Origin: an uncultured Pseudomonadales bacterium
GTDB lineage: Bacteria; Patescibacteriota; Microgenomatia; UBA1400; PJMF01
Length of the DNA stretch: 64,000 nucleotides
Direction: 5' to 3'
Assembly (NCBI GenBank): GCA_964521215.1
Contig: CAZFRD010000002.1
Coordinates: 10,798 to 74,797 of the forward strand
Below the pieces are notes generated by a model. The model did not search any database. It had not been told where the DNA came from and was given only the letters and a program-made list of their open reading frames with translations. Below are positions 20,354 through 29,977 of this stretch, in pieces. A program made the translations under genes and the position numbers. The stretch's first letter is position 1. Every line of letters starts with the position of its first letter.

Positions 20354-21563
20354 CTCTCAGTCGGTAAGTGACACCCTTGGTCACACCTTCTTTTTCGATC
20401 ACCCCTTTTTCGATTAGGTCTTTTAAATCGCGCAAAATAGTATCGACTGAAACATTGGGTAAGGTATTTTGCGCATCGTAGGATGAAATTTGATCCTGTT
20501 GCTGAAAAAGCTCGAGCAAAATAATTTGCCGCTCGGACAACGCCACTTGTTTACCCAGTTGTTTTTTCATCCGCAAATCTTTGGACAGTCGCTCAACTTG
20601 GCGTTGAATTTTGTCAATTTCTAGAGCGACACCGTAACAAAAATACTCTAACCAGTAGGTTAGATCCTGTTTGCCAGTTTGCTGAACGGAAAGTAAGGCA
20701 TTGTAATAGGCTTCCACATCAGTATCAAAATATTGCTCGAGTGAAAAAAAACGTTTGAAGTCATAACCTAGCGAGTAAAGTAGTAGCGTGGCCATGGCGC
20801 GCGCCGTCCTGCCATTACCCTCAATAAAAGGATGGATATACACGATTTGGTAATGAGTGATGGCGGCGCGCAAAACTGCATGTACCTGTTGTGCGGCTTG
20901 GCTCTTGCCCCACACAAAGAAATCATCAATCAGATAGGGCACTTCTACTGCCACTGGTGGACGAAAGATGACCCCACCACTTGTGGCACTTTGAACAATC
21001 ACTTGTTTTTTCCGAAATTGCCCCACTCCTTCGTTGTCTATTAAACCCTGCACTGTCAACCGATGGAGGGTGTTCAGAGTGTCAAGCGAAAAAACTTGAG
21101 TGGTACTTACTTGGGTTTGTCTGTCAGTCCAAGTTAACACATTGCGATAATTAATGACTTCTTGGACATCTCGTTCTCTCGCAGTAATACCAGTTTGGCG
21201 TAGTGCTTCTTTACTATCATTAACAAACTGGAGTTTGAGTAATTGATCCGCCTGCTCTTCCGTTAGTTCATTGCCTTCAATTTTTGTACCGTAATGAACC
21301 GTCCGGTTGAGTGCTTCACTGCGAAAACGAGCTTCCCAGGCTGGGATTAGAGGCGAGTGGTCAATAATAGCTTTGGCAGCCTCAATTCTAGTGATATAGG
21401 TCAACAAGTTGTTGGTAATAGAAAAAACTGGATCGAACACGATGTAAGTATACTGCAATTCATGCAATTTTTGCAGGGAATTTTTGACTTTTTGCTTGCA
21501 AAAGTCGCCAAAATGATTTGGGGACTTCCGCCACCAGATCGCCCGCAGAAAAATTGGGTCCAA
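20349..21563 (-). CDS. Fic/DOC family protein (AMPylase-type) with C-terminal winged-helix
   Basis: Canonical Fic motif HPFIEGNGRTARA. An N-terminal Fic_N-like helix is present (YGTKIEGNELT). The track ORF overlaps the upstream YjeF gene by ~100 nt, so the true start is probably downstream and non-ATG. Confidence 0.8.
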   Translation of the reverse strand: MDPIFLRAIWWRKSPNHFGDFCKQKVKNSLQKLHELQYTYIVFDPVFSITNNLLTYITRIEAAKAIIDHSPLIPAWEARFRSEALNRTVHYGTKIEGNELTEEQADQLLKLQFVNDSKEALRQTGITARERDVQEVINYRNVLTWTDRQTQVSTTQVFSLDTLNTLHRLTVQGLIDNEGVGQFRKKQVIVQSATSGGVIFRPPVAVEVPYLIDDFFVWGKSQAAQQVHAVLRAAITHYQIVYIHPFIEGNGRTARAMATLLLYSLGYDFKRFFSLEQYFDTDVEAYYNALLSVQQTGKQDLTYWLEYFCYGVALEIDKIQRQVERLSKDLRMKKQLGKQVALSERQIILLELFQQQDQISSYDAQNTLPNVSVDTILRDLKDLIEKGVIEKEGVTKGVTYRLRE

Positions 21564-22347
21564 CTGTCTTCCACAATGTATCTGCCGAATGTTTATTCAA
21601 ATAACTGCCAACAATAGCTGCGGTGAGCGCATCATGCTGACAATACAACGCAGCTACTAAACCAGCTAAGACGTCGCCTGTGCCACCCTTGGTCATACCA
21701 GCGTTGCCACCTGGTATTTTGACAGTTGTTGAACCTTGGGTCACTTCGTCGGTGGGACCTTTAGCCAGCAGGGTGACTCCTGTTTCGAGTAGTTTTGACA
21801 TGGCTAAGTTTTTATTTGTTTGATCAATTTTACCCAAGACTAATTCTAGTTCTTTATGGTGTGGCGTAATTATTTGACTGGTAGCAAAATACTGCGGACC
21901 GACCATTTGCAGCGCGCCGCCATCGATCACCCATTTTTTAGTTGGATATTTTGCCAGCAACTGATTGATTATGACTTGGGTTTGTTCTGAACGGTCCATG
22001 CCTGGACCAATTAAGACAGTGTCGTCTTCTTCAAGATAATAGTCAATTTCCGACCAATCAACGACGATGCCAGACCAAAATCCAGCTTTGATTTTTTGCC
22101 GGACCAACTGATTATTTTCATTAGCTGGGCTCGCAAAATGAACCATATCTACAATTTTGCTCGCCACATCCGCCGCCCAAAAAATACTGCTGTGAAATAG
22201 CTCAGAACCACCAATCACCAAAAGTTTGCCATTTTGACCTTTGTGAGATTCAGGCTTCGGTAAATTAATCTGGTCAAGGTATTGTTCAATATCTTGACTT
22301 ACTTGTTTCGACCTAGATTTAATTGTCATTTTTGCATTATCCCACAC
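21460..22347 (-). CDS. nnrD: ADP-dependent NAD(P)H-hydrate dehydratase (YjeF C-terminal / Nnr2 domain)
   Basis: GGTGDVLAGLVAAL motif and the carbohydrate-kinase-like fold pattern of YjeF_C. Confidence 0.8.
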   Translation of the reverse strand: MWDNAKMTIKSRSKQVSQDIEQYLDQINLPKPESHKGQNGKLLVIGGSELFHSSIFWAADVASKIVDMVHFASPANENNQLVRQKIKAGFWSGIVVDWSEIDYYLEEDDTVLIGPGMDRSEQTQVIINQLLAKYPTKKWVIDGGALQMVGPQYFATSQIITPHHKELELVLGKIDQTNKNLAMSKLLETGVTLLAKGPTDEVTQGSTTVKIPGGNAGMTKGGTGDVLAGLVAALYCQHDALTAAIVGSYLNKHSADTLWKTVGPNFSAGDLVAEVPKSFWRLLQAKSQKFPAKIA

Positions 22348-22379
22348 ATCCTATAGTTGACAAAGGAGAATTGATATCA

Positions 22380-22775
22380 TCAGATAGCTTGAATCACCCG
22401 CAATAGTTTCTTATCAAACGTTTTAACTTTTTGCACTGGCCCAGTTTTGTACTGCGCCACAATGTACGAATCAACCAGCGAAATTGTGTGGTTAGCAAAT
22501 ACGTCGAGTGTGGTGCTGAGAAGTGGATAATCCAATACAAACTTGGTTGAGCGGATGAGTAGGCCCAGTATTTTTACTACTTCCACTTTGGGAACTCTAT
22601 AATAACTGAGCAAAACAAAACTGAGTTCCAAAAAAACTGCATCGGGTAGAAAAATACTTCTCTGAGGAGACTGTCGGATGAATCGCTCTGCTTGAGCAAA
22701 CTGTTCAGGCTGATCCTTCAACAAGTACCGGGCCAACACATTGGTGTCAGCGAGAACGAGAGATTTTGGCTGCAT
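22380..22775 (-). CDS. vapC: PIN-domain toxin VapC (pair 2)
   Basis: 131 aa (LVLADTNVLARYLL), paralogous to the VapC at 19637-20029. Confidence 0.8.
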   Translation of the reverse strand: MQPKSLVLADTNVLARYLLKDQPEQFAQAERFIRQSPQRSIFLPDAVFLELSFVLLSYYRVPKVEVVKILGLLIRSTKFVLDYPLLSTTLDVFANHTISLVDSYIVAQYKTGPVQKVKTFDKKLLRVIQAI

Positions 22776-23013
22776 AATTCTTTTTTACATAATCTAATAC
22801 CGCCACATCCATTTCTGAATCGGTAGGTACTGGCTGACTGGCATATTTGTGCAGGCATCCAGATAACTCAGAGATATCTGGGGCTTTTTGTAACAATATC
22901 TGCTGATTTTTGAGTTTTAACTCTAGTCTCTCGCCTGCTTTTGTACCAATTTCATCAAGCAATGCTTTTGGTAGGGTTATCTGACGCTGAGAAGAAATAG
23001 TGGCAATATGCAT
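22747..23013 (-). CDS. vapB: AbrB/SpoVT-type antitoxin VapB (pair 2)
   Basis: 88 aa with MHIATISSQRQITLPKALLDEIG. It overlaps the vapC start, as is typical of TA modules. Confidence 0.75.
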   Translation of the reverse strand: MHIATISSQRQITLPKALLDEIGTKAGERLELKLKNQQILLQKAPDISELSGCLHKYASQPVPTDSEMDVAVLDYVKKNYAAKISRSR

Positions 23014-23111
23014 ATTAGCTGAATAATATCACTTCGCTTTACTTTTGTCTAGCACTTTAATTTTAATATTTACTTTAATACTGACTTTCACTTTATTAAA
23101 AAGTTAAGAGA

Positions 23112-24215
23112 TTATTTACCCAGCTCAATCACGGCTGTATTTTTTGGTAAAAAAGTTACCACTTCTGGGTCGGCTGAGGTGACAATAGCTTGGTGATTAT
23201 TGATAAGTTTCACGACTACTTGCTGGTTTTCTTCGTCTAGTTCAGAAAAAATATCATCCAAGAGCAAAAGTGGTCTTTGACCAGTTTGAGTTTCAATATA
23301 ACTTAATTGGCAAGCTTTGAGCCACAAGATGGCAAGTCGTTGCTGACCACGAGAACCATACAACGCCGCATCGTGAAATTGGCCAAGTTGTCCTCGCCAC
23401 AAATCCTGAACATCACAACTAACGTTAAAATCATCTTTGTGCGGTCCAACCAAGCAATAGCCTGAGGCAATGGCTCGGTCTTGATAGTGATCCATCCGTT
23501 CCTGAGTAATAATCGATGGTAGATAAGTGACAGAAAAACGCACGGCAAAGGGTACTTTGATGGTTGCTTGTAAAAACTGTTCACGTTGACGTTGTAAATA
23601 TTCTCCATGTTTGACCATCGATCGCTGCCAATACTCCAAAATACTAGTTGGTTGACGGTGGTCACGCACCATTTCGAGCAGTTTGTTGTACCGTTTTAAA
23701 CTTTGCTCATAAGTTTTAACAGAACGTAAATATTCGGCGTCAAAACTGCCAATCACTTCGTCCAAAAATCGGCGGCGGCGACTAGGAGAACCTTCAATAA
23801 TCCGCATGTCTTCGGGGCGAAAGACTGCTGTTTGCAGTTGGCCCAACATTTTGTGAAGCTGGCGATTGATACCATTGACGGAAAAATGTTTGTGGTGGGT
23901 TTTTTTGCCTTGAAGCATGCCGCGGGTGAGGAGCACAGATAGCTCTGTCTGTTCTAGTTCTTGTTCGGCTTCAGCTTGTTCGCTCATTGACTGGCTGAGG
24001 TTACCCGTAATTCTCGCCCACTCAGCAAAAAAACCCACCATTTCCTCCACCTTACCAGCGCGAAAACTTTGGCCAGTGGCTAATAAATGAATGGCTTCAA
24101 TAATTGCAGTCTTGCCACTGGCGTTGGGACCAACAATTAACGTAGCACGATCAGAAAAATTAAGCTTCAAATTTTCATGCGAGCGGAAGTGTTGTAAATG
24201 CAACGATTGCAACAT
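23112..24215 (-). CDS. recF: DNA replication/repair protein RecF
   Basis: N-terminus LHLQHFRSHENLKLNFSDRATLIVGPNASGKTAIIEAI (RecF-type Walker A) with a C-terminal SMC-like signature region. 367 aa. Confidence 0.85.
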   Translation of the reverse strand: MLQSLHLQHFRSHENLKLNFSDRATLIVGPNASGKTAIIEAIHLLATGQSFRAGKVEEMVGFFAEWARITGNLSQSMSEQAEAEQELEQTELSVLLTRGMLQGKKTHHKHFSVNGINRQLHKMLGQLQTAVFRPEDMRIIEGSPSRRRRFLDEVIGSFDAEYLRSVKTYEQSLKRYNKLLEMVRDHRQPTSILEYWQRSMVKHGEYLQRQREQFLQATIKVPFAVRFSVTYLPSIITQERMDHYQDRAIASGYCLVGPHKDDFNVSCDVQDLWRGQLGQFHDAALYGSRGQQRLAILWLKACQLSYIETQTGQRPLLLLDDIFSELDEENQQVVVKLINNHQAIVTSADPEVVTFLPKNTAVIELGK

Positions 24216-24240
24216 AATTTACTGCTTGTTTATAACAACT

Positions 24241-25212
24241 CTATTCTTTAATCATTTTTCCATGATCAAAAAAATATTTACGAGTAGCATATAAATCAGG
24301 AAAAATACTCTCTGGCAATATTTTTCTATACGTGCGCATTCTATTTTCTCTTTGATCCGGATTGTCGAGATAGAAACGAATACCAGCCCAATGAACCGGA
24401 GGATAAATTAGCATGATGTCACTAATCTTTCTCATTAATGACAGCTCGGTTAGTTTATGTGCAATTAGTACGTACCGAATATCATCCTCAAGTCTTCCAA
24501 AGGAAAATTCTGCTCCCAATAGTGGAACTTCTAATGCCTCCATTAATGGGAAAAATGTAGCAAGCGTTCCAACAGCAGCGATGGCTCTTGCGCTCGATAA
24601 TAAAAAATCTCTTCGTGAAATTTGTACTGGATGATTAACCGGATTTTCTCGCACTGATTCTTCTCTTGAGGCCTGTAGGCCATTGGTTACAGCAGACAAA
24701 GTATAGTAGCCCCCAACGAGATTCGGACTCGAGAGCAAGGCTGAAGCAGTAACAAACTGGTTGCTCCAAGCTGGATCTAATACTAATACGCTTTTTCCTT
24801 CTCGCTTAACTATGGTAGTGAAATAATCAAACAAACTATTAGAGGATTTAAAAATTTTCGCTATAGCTCTTGTAATTATGTTTCCATTATCATTATATTC
24901 TGGTGGAAAGTATTCTGGCACTAGAATTCCTTTGAAGGGAGTTACGTACTCATCAAGATAAGAATTATTTGCCGAAGACACATTGTGTTCTATTGCTAGA
25001 ACCTGAATCATGCATCCGTTTAACTCATAGTCTGACTTGTGTTCACTGGCCCTCATAGGCACATCTCTGTCTGGACTATCAACGGCCTTGGCCACTCCGA
25101 TTTGAATTCCAACTAGAGCAAGAGTTCCAAAAATAATTTTCTTAAGCGCCTCTCCTCTTGAAACGTTTCTTGTTATTTCACTAAATTCTCCTGAGGCTAG
25201 ATTTTCACTCAT
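24241..25212 (-). CDS. Hypothetical protein with N-terminal signal anchor
   Basis: 323 aa with an internal RRDFLLSSARAIAAVG Tat-like motif mid-protein. No catalytic motif recognised. Confidence 0.3.
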   Translation of the reverse strand: MSENLASGEFSEITRNVSRGEALKKIIFGTLALVGIQIGVAKAVDSPDRDVPMRASEHKSDYELNGCMIQVLAIEHNVSSANNSYLDEYVTPFKGILVPEYFPPEYNDNGNIITRAIAKIFKSSNSLFDYFTTIVKREGKSVLVLDPAWSNQFVTASALLSSPNLVGGYYTLSAVTNGLQASREESVRENPVNHPVQISRRDFLLSSARAIAAVGTLATFFPLMEALEVPLLGAEFSFGRLEDDIRYVLIAHKLTELSLMRKISDIMLIYPPVHWAGIRFYLDNPDQRENRMRTYRKILPESIFPDLYATRKYFFDHGKMIKE

Positions 25213-25220
25213 ATTGATTT

Positions 25221-26981
25221 TTACTGTTTGAACTCAATATTGAAAAAACCAAAACTACTCTGGGGGATTCTTAAATAACCCGGGGCTCTTAGATTAAAAG
25301 TGGACTTAAACTCGCTACCAGGAATATCAAGATTGCCCCGGTTGGTGCTCAGGTGCACCGATGTGGTTTGACCATTATTACTGTGACTGACGCTGACTGC
25401 CGAAATATTAGTCACCGCTCCACCTGAATTATTAGCTCGGTCGCGCAGTTCGCTCATGGAATAGGGATTGCCGCCGCCGCCGATTTGACATTGATTAATA
25501 GTCGGCGGCTGAATTCGACTGGTATCGGCACCGTTAGGATTGTTGCGCACGATCCAAGCGTTGATGATGTCGGCAAATTCTTCCTGCGAAAGCCAGGGAT
25601 GCGAGCGGCCACAGCTGTCGCCGCTCGCAAAGTAACCATTGCGATACCAAGCTTTATAAAACCAGGGGCTACTGGCTTTATTTTCCCACGCTCTGGTGGA
25701 CCAAGATCCATCGGCGGACTTATCAGTTGTATCCCAACCAGATGTATTGCTATATCCCCCATGGGTGGATGCATACTGAGTGGAAACCGGATTCCCACCA
25801 CCATCCACCAACACCCAACCTCGCGTATCATTGACTGCCCGCTCCCAATCACCACCTTTTTTTTGATTTTTAAAAACTTGACAAGCTTCGGTGGTACAAA
25901 TTGATTTGGCACCATTGCCAGTGTATTTAATGGCAAAAGTCCGTGCCGCTATCGCTTGCGCTTTGAGGGCTTCCATATGCCAACTGCCTGGCATTTCATA
26001 AATTCCTTGCAGGTATTGATCTTCAAAAGATATTGTGCCTACTCCTTGGACGCTGATCGAACCCATGGCAGAGAAATCACGTTTGAGCGTAGCATTGGGA
26101 TAATAGGCTTTGAGAATCTCTTCCGCTGACTGACCCGAATCAGCCCTGGCTTTGGCGCCATACTGACTCATACCATTACGATGAGTGTAGCCACCAAAGC
26201 TGAAGACGGCAAAAGAATTACCAGGGGCTTGGGCCTTATAGGCAATGGAGGCATTGAAATCATCTGCTAGTGGCACCTCGCCGACGGAAGTGATGAACGA
26301 CCCAGACCGAGCATTGATAATTGATTGTTGTCGTGCTGAAAGATCGGCAATTTTACTTGACAAGGTTTGTTGGTAATCTTTGGCTTTGGCAATTTCAGTC
26401 TTGAAAAAATCGGCTTGGCTATCTAGTTGTTTTTCTAAATTGGCTAAAACAACTTGGCGCTCTTCGAGCGCCTGACGATCGCTTTCTAACGCAGAGATGT
26501 CTTTGGTGATGCTACTAATTAAGCGTTGGTCTTGAGCTTGCACCGACTCACGGTAAGCTAAATCTTTGGTTAAACTGCCGACAGTGCTTTGTGACAACAT
26601 GATTAGGGGCGAAGAGACCAAACGCAGACGAATGTATTGGTCATGAACTCGTTTGGAAAGAATTTGGTATTGTAAGGCTAAATCGACTTCGCGTTTTTCG
26701 ATATCGTTGCCCACTCGGATCACTTCTTGTTTAGCTTTTTCGATGCCTGATCTGGCTGAGTTGATCCGGGATTGCAAGTTGGCCACTTCTTTTTCTAACG
26801 GCGTGGTGGCCGCGACCGAAAGATTTTTCAGCTTTTCCAACTCGTTGATCTGGTTTTGCAAGTCATCAACTGGGTCAAGGGCTCGAGCCAGATTGTTTGG
26901 CACCAATACTCCGCCTAAGACGAAAAATAACAAAAATCCGATCATTCCCATTTTTTGCAAAAACTGGCTGTATCTTTTCAT
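25221..26981 (-). CDS. SpoIID/LytB-domain protein with N-terminal signal anchor and coiled-coil region
   Basis: 586 aa. A TM segment is followed by a heptad-rich ~200 aa region, then the SpoIID/LytB signature GYTHRNGMSQYGAKARA...ILKAYYP and a C-terminal Trp/Gly-rich domain. Confidence 0.7.
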   Translation of the reverse strand: MKRYSQFLQKMGMIGFLLFFVLGGVLVPNNLARALDPVDDLQNQINELEKLKNLSVAATTPLEKEVANLQSRINSARSGIEKAKQEVIRVGNDIEKREVDLALQYQILSKRVHDQYIRLRLVSSPLIMLSQSTVGSLTKDLAYRESVQAQDQRLISSITKDISALESDRQALEERQVVLANLEKQLDSQADFFKTEIAKAKDYQQTLSSKIADLSARQQSIINARSGSFITSVGEVPLADDFNASIAYKAQAPGNSFAVFSFGGYTHRNGMSQYGAKARADSGQSAEEILKAYYPNATLKRDFSAMGSISVQGVGTISFEDQYLQGIYEMPGSWHMEALKAQAIAARTFAIKYTGNGAKSICTTEACQVFKNQKKGGDWERAVNDTRGWVLVDGGGNPVSTQYASTHGGYSNTSGWDTTDKSADGSWSTRAWENKASSPWFYKAWYRNGYFASGDSCGRSHPWLSQEEFADIINAWIVRNNPNGADTSRIQPPTINQCQIGGGGNPYSMSELRDRANNSGGAVTNISAVSVSHSNNGQTTSVHLSTNRGNLDIPGSEFKSTFNLRAPGYLRIPQSSFGFFNIEFKQ

Positions 26982-27057
26982 ACTGGTTTGATCATGGTTG
27001 AGTTAATAATTACCCCTCTTAAAACTCAGACTGTATTAAGGTACAATAGCATGAGTC

Positions 27058-28290
27058 ATGCTCAAAAGTAAAAAGTGGGTCATCACTTCCCGACTTGTTT
27101 TTATTCTTTTACTTGCTTTGGTAATCTTTTTCAACCCAAAAACAGCTATGGCTTCGAGCTGCAGCAGTTACGCTCTAACCCACTCAAAATCAAGCAACTT
27201 TCCTTATGATGTTAGTTGCGCATCGATACCAACGAATGCAACTGTTACTGTTAATGCGGGTGGACCAAATAAATTTATCCCCAATGAAACCTACACCCTT
27301 TGGAGAGCAAAAAAGGCACAATCGTCTCAAGGTCAAAGTGTTCAGGTAGCATCTTCTCAAGCAACAAATGAAAATTCCATCACTTTTACACTATCTGATC
27401 CCGTTGCGTTTGAACCAGGGACATGGTTTTTGTCCATTTTTGGCCCTTCACTTGGCGATATTGGTGTAGGTTGCGGACTTTCTGGTTTTAGTCCAACTTA
27501 CAAAGTTGGTTTAAGAAGTTGGTCAGCAGAAATTTTTGCCTCCCAAACACGTGGTGGCAAAATGTGTTACGGTTTTCCCACCGGATGTCTAGAAGCCGGT
27601 ACACCAATCACACTGACTGTTGAAAACGTAAAACTCTGTGGCAAACCCTATGCAAATAAAAGAATTGACTTTTCTTCAGAAGGAAACAATGTGTCGAGAA
27701 ACACCGATACAAACGGTAATTTAACTGGTCAACCAATCGTGTTCACTTTTCAAAATGCCGGAAATTATGGATTTGTGGTTGGCCCATTTGAGTATAAATT
27801 CGACACTATACTTAGATCAAAATTTACTATTCGATCGTCTGGTCAGTGTGATACTTGTCTAACCACCAAACCTAAACCAATTGACCCCAACCAGCCTTAT
27901 CAATACAAAATTTGTGACCAGATTAATGGAGATTTGATGAGTCCAGAAGGAGGCAGTGCAAAAGATGCTTGTTTGCAGTGTGTTGGAGGTAATGAGTTGG
28001 GTCGGGAAGGCATTTGGACTGCTATTGGCTGTATCCCTCGTGATCCAGAGAAAATCGTCAAAAGCTTATTGCGACTGGGTTTGGGTATGGGAGGTGGTTT
28101 CGCCCTCATCATCATTTTGGCCTCGGGTTTTGTCCTAAGTGTTTCCCAGGGTGAACCTAATCGCATTAACGAAGCCAAGCAGTGGCTCACTTCTGCTCTA
28201 GTTGGTATGTTGTTTATTATTTTCTCGGTGACCCTACTTCACTTTATTGGCTATACTATTTTTAGAATACCTGGCTTTGGAGGACCTTAA
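27058..28290 (+). CDS. Pilin-like protein 1: about 330-aa Cys-containing secreted ectodomain fused to a C-terminal VirB2/TrbC-like two-helix pilin module
   Basis: The signal peptide is followed by the C-terminal module GFALIIILASGFVLSVSQGEPNRINEAKQWLTSALVGMLFIIF (helix, charged loop, helix), which is shared with the nine downstream paralogs. Confidence 0.55.
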   Translation: MLKSKKWVITSRLVFILLLALVIFFNPKTAMASSCSSYALTHSKSSNFPYDVSCASIPTNATVTVNAGGPNKFIPNETYTLWRAKKAQSSQGQSVQVASSQATNENSITFTLSDPVAFEPGTWFLSIFGPSLGDIGVGCGLSGFSPTYKVGLRSWSAEIFASQTRGGKMCYGFPTGCLEAGTPITLTVENVKLCGKPYANKRIDFSSEGNNVSRNTDTNGNLTGQPIVFTFQNAGNYGFVVGPFEYKFDTILRSKFTIRSSGQCDTCLTTKPKPIDPNQPYQYKICDQINGDLMSPEGGSAKDACLQCVGGNELGREGIWTAIGCIPRDPEKIVKSLLRLGLGMGGGFALIIILASGFVLSVSQGEPNRINEAKQWLTSALVGMLFIIFSVTLLHFIGYTIFRIPGFGGP

Positions 28291-28976
28291 TGATAATTGT
28301 TGGTAGAATTATTACTGCATTACTCGCCTGTTTCTTCTTATTTGTTGTCATTTCTCCCCAAGCTGCTTTCGCATCCTGTGGCAACATAAAAAACGACCCC
28401 CCAAACTGGGGTACAATTAAGTTTTGTGATTTCAATAACAATAATCAGGGAGAGGATCCAGTTGAGTTTTCTTTTGTAAGTTGTACAACTGGACAAGCCA
28501 ATGATGGACCGCTAGGAACCCGTTGTTGCGCTGACACTCCAGAATGTGGAGTCATCCCTAGCGTCACACCTACTCCTAGACCCCCAACACCCACAGGCGC
28601 TCCCACCCCCACCGGGCACGTGATCGATCCCATCAATCCGCCAACCGATGAATTTTTTGACCTGGTTGACCCGCTACAACATGGCGGGGGAAAAACGATT
28701 CTTGACGACGTAGCCTCACCTTTTGCCACTCAACTTAAAACACCAGGTGGCATCATTAGCCGGTTACTCTTCTTTGCTTTTCCCCTAGCTGGCTTGATCT
28801 TATTTGTCATGCTAGTCTGGGCCGGCTTTGAAATACTGATTGGCGCTCCAACCAAGAAATCAATCGATGCCGGCAAGCAAAGAGCCACCGCTGCCTTAGT
28901 GGGATTTTTTCTCTTATTTGCCAGTTACTGGATTTTCCAGATTATAGAAGTAGTATTCGGTGTTAAAATTTTATAA
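28290..28976 (+). CDS. VirB2/TrbC-like pilin paralog 2 (Cys-rich ectodomain, Pro/Thr linker)
   Basis: A signal peptide, a 6-Cys segment and a PTPRPPTPTGAPTPTG linker precede the module LVWAGFEILIGAPTKKSIDAGKQRATAALVGFFLLF. Confidence 0.55.
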   Translation: MIIVGRIITALLACFFLFVVISPQAAFASCGNIKNDPPNWGTIKFCDFNNNNQGEDPVEFSFVSCTTGQANDGPLGTRCCADTPECGVIPSVTPTPRPPTPTGAPTPTGHVIDPINPPTDEFFDLVDPLQHGGGKTILDDVASPFATQLKTPGGIISRLLFFAFPLAGLILFVMLVWAGFEILIGAPTKKSIDAGKQRATAALVGFFLLFASYWIFQIIEVVFGVKIL

Positions 28977-28982
28977 ACAAGT

Positions 28983-29546
28983 GTGCAAAAAATAATTAAG
29001 ATTATCATCAACTCCAGCTTACTCACCCTACTCTGTATTATTACAAGTTTATATTTTGTCAGTTCTGCTCAAGCTGCTTGTTCTGTCATTAGAGACACTG
29101 GAGCCGTATACTACTGTGACTACAACCATAATTTCCAGCCAGATCTAGGAGAAGGCTCTCATGTAGTTTGTACCAACAGCCCACCCAAATGTTGTAGTAC
29201 GCAAACAGAGTGCAACTTGCTCCCCAGTGGTTGTGCTCCCGGCTCTGGTTTCATTTCTCTGGGGGATTGTCTCAAACTATCTGATGATACAAAGATTAGT
29301 GACACCTACACCACTCCTGCTTTTCTGGTCAATCTGATTGTCCGCAACTTATTTGTAGTAGCCGGTGTAGTATTATTTTTCATGATTCTACTGGCTGGCT
29401 TAAAATTTATCACTGGTGGCAAAAAGGGCCTAGATGAAGCCAAGCAAATCATGACGGCTGCTTTAGTTGGCTTTTTACTGATGTTCTCGGCTTACTGGAT
29501 TGTCCAAATTGTTAAAATAGTGACCAAAACCGATCTGATTATATGA
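28983..29546 (+). CDS. VirB2/TrbC-like pilin paralog 3 (Cys-rich ectodomain)
   Basis: Signal peptide and 8 Cys, then the module LLAGLKFITGGKKGLDEAKQIMTAALVGFLLMF. Confidence 0.55.
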   Translation: MQKIIKIIINSSLLTLLCIITSLYFVSSAQAACSVIRDTGAVYYCDYNHNFQPDLGEGSHVVCTNSPPKCCSTQTECNLLPSGCAPGSGFISLGDCLKLSDDTKISDTYTTPAFLVNLIVRNLFVVAGVVLFFMILLAGLKFITGGKKGLDEAKQIMTAALVGFLLMFSAYWIVQIVKIVTKTDLII

Positions 29547-29968
29547 CCAAATTTTTTATTTCTATTGTTTTCGTCCTCGCACTGGCAATTATTTTCACTA
29601 GTAACGTCGGCGCGGTTGATAATCTTGATGCAACCATCGGTAAAATTGGTACCCCGCCTGGAGTAACAGAACAAATTGCAAATTCCGGTGTTGATCCAGA
29701 TGAAGTTGCCATTTTGTTTTTCCTCAGTTCCCTGATCAAGTTTGCCAATGTCATTGCTGGCATTTGGGTCGCTTTTAATGTAGTATTTGCCGCTTTTGAT
29801 TATTTGGGCGGACAAGGATCAGCCGAGGCTCACAAAAAAGTTCGCGAGAGAATCACCATGAGCGTGGTTGGACTATTATTACTAGTAGTGGCCTACGTGG
29901 CGACAGCCATGATCAGCTTACTTTTATTTGGCGATGCTAGTTATGTGCTCCAACCCAAGTTGGAATAA
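29543..29968 (+). CDS. VirB2/TrbC-like pilin paralog 4 (short, Cys-free)
   Basis: 141 aa. Signal peptide, then FAAFDYLGGQGSAEAHKKVRERITMSVVGLLLLVVAY. Confidence 0.55.
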   Translation: MTKFFISIVFVLALAIIFTSNVGAVDNLDATIGKIGTPPGVTEQIANSGVDPDEVAILFFLSSLIKFANVIAGIWVAFNVVFAAFDYLGGQGSAEAHKKVRERITMSVVGLLLLVVAYVATAMISLLLFGDASYVLQPKLE

Positions 29969-29977
29969 GACCAAACT

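Noticed and set aside
25454-25936. Antisense and overlapping ORFs inside the SpoIID-like gene (25454-25936 -, 25485-25904 +). Similar small ORFs nested in other genes include 4231-4416, 12225-12482, 23303-23665, 28445-28729, 34408-34804, 36402-36650 and 47411-47830.
   Set aside because: They lie entirely within longer ORFs that have clear homology-type motifs. They are low-complexity translations and were treated as frame artefacts.
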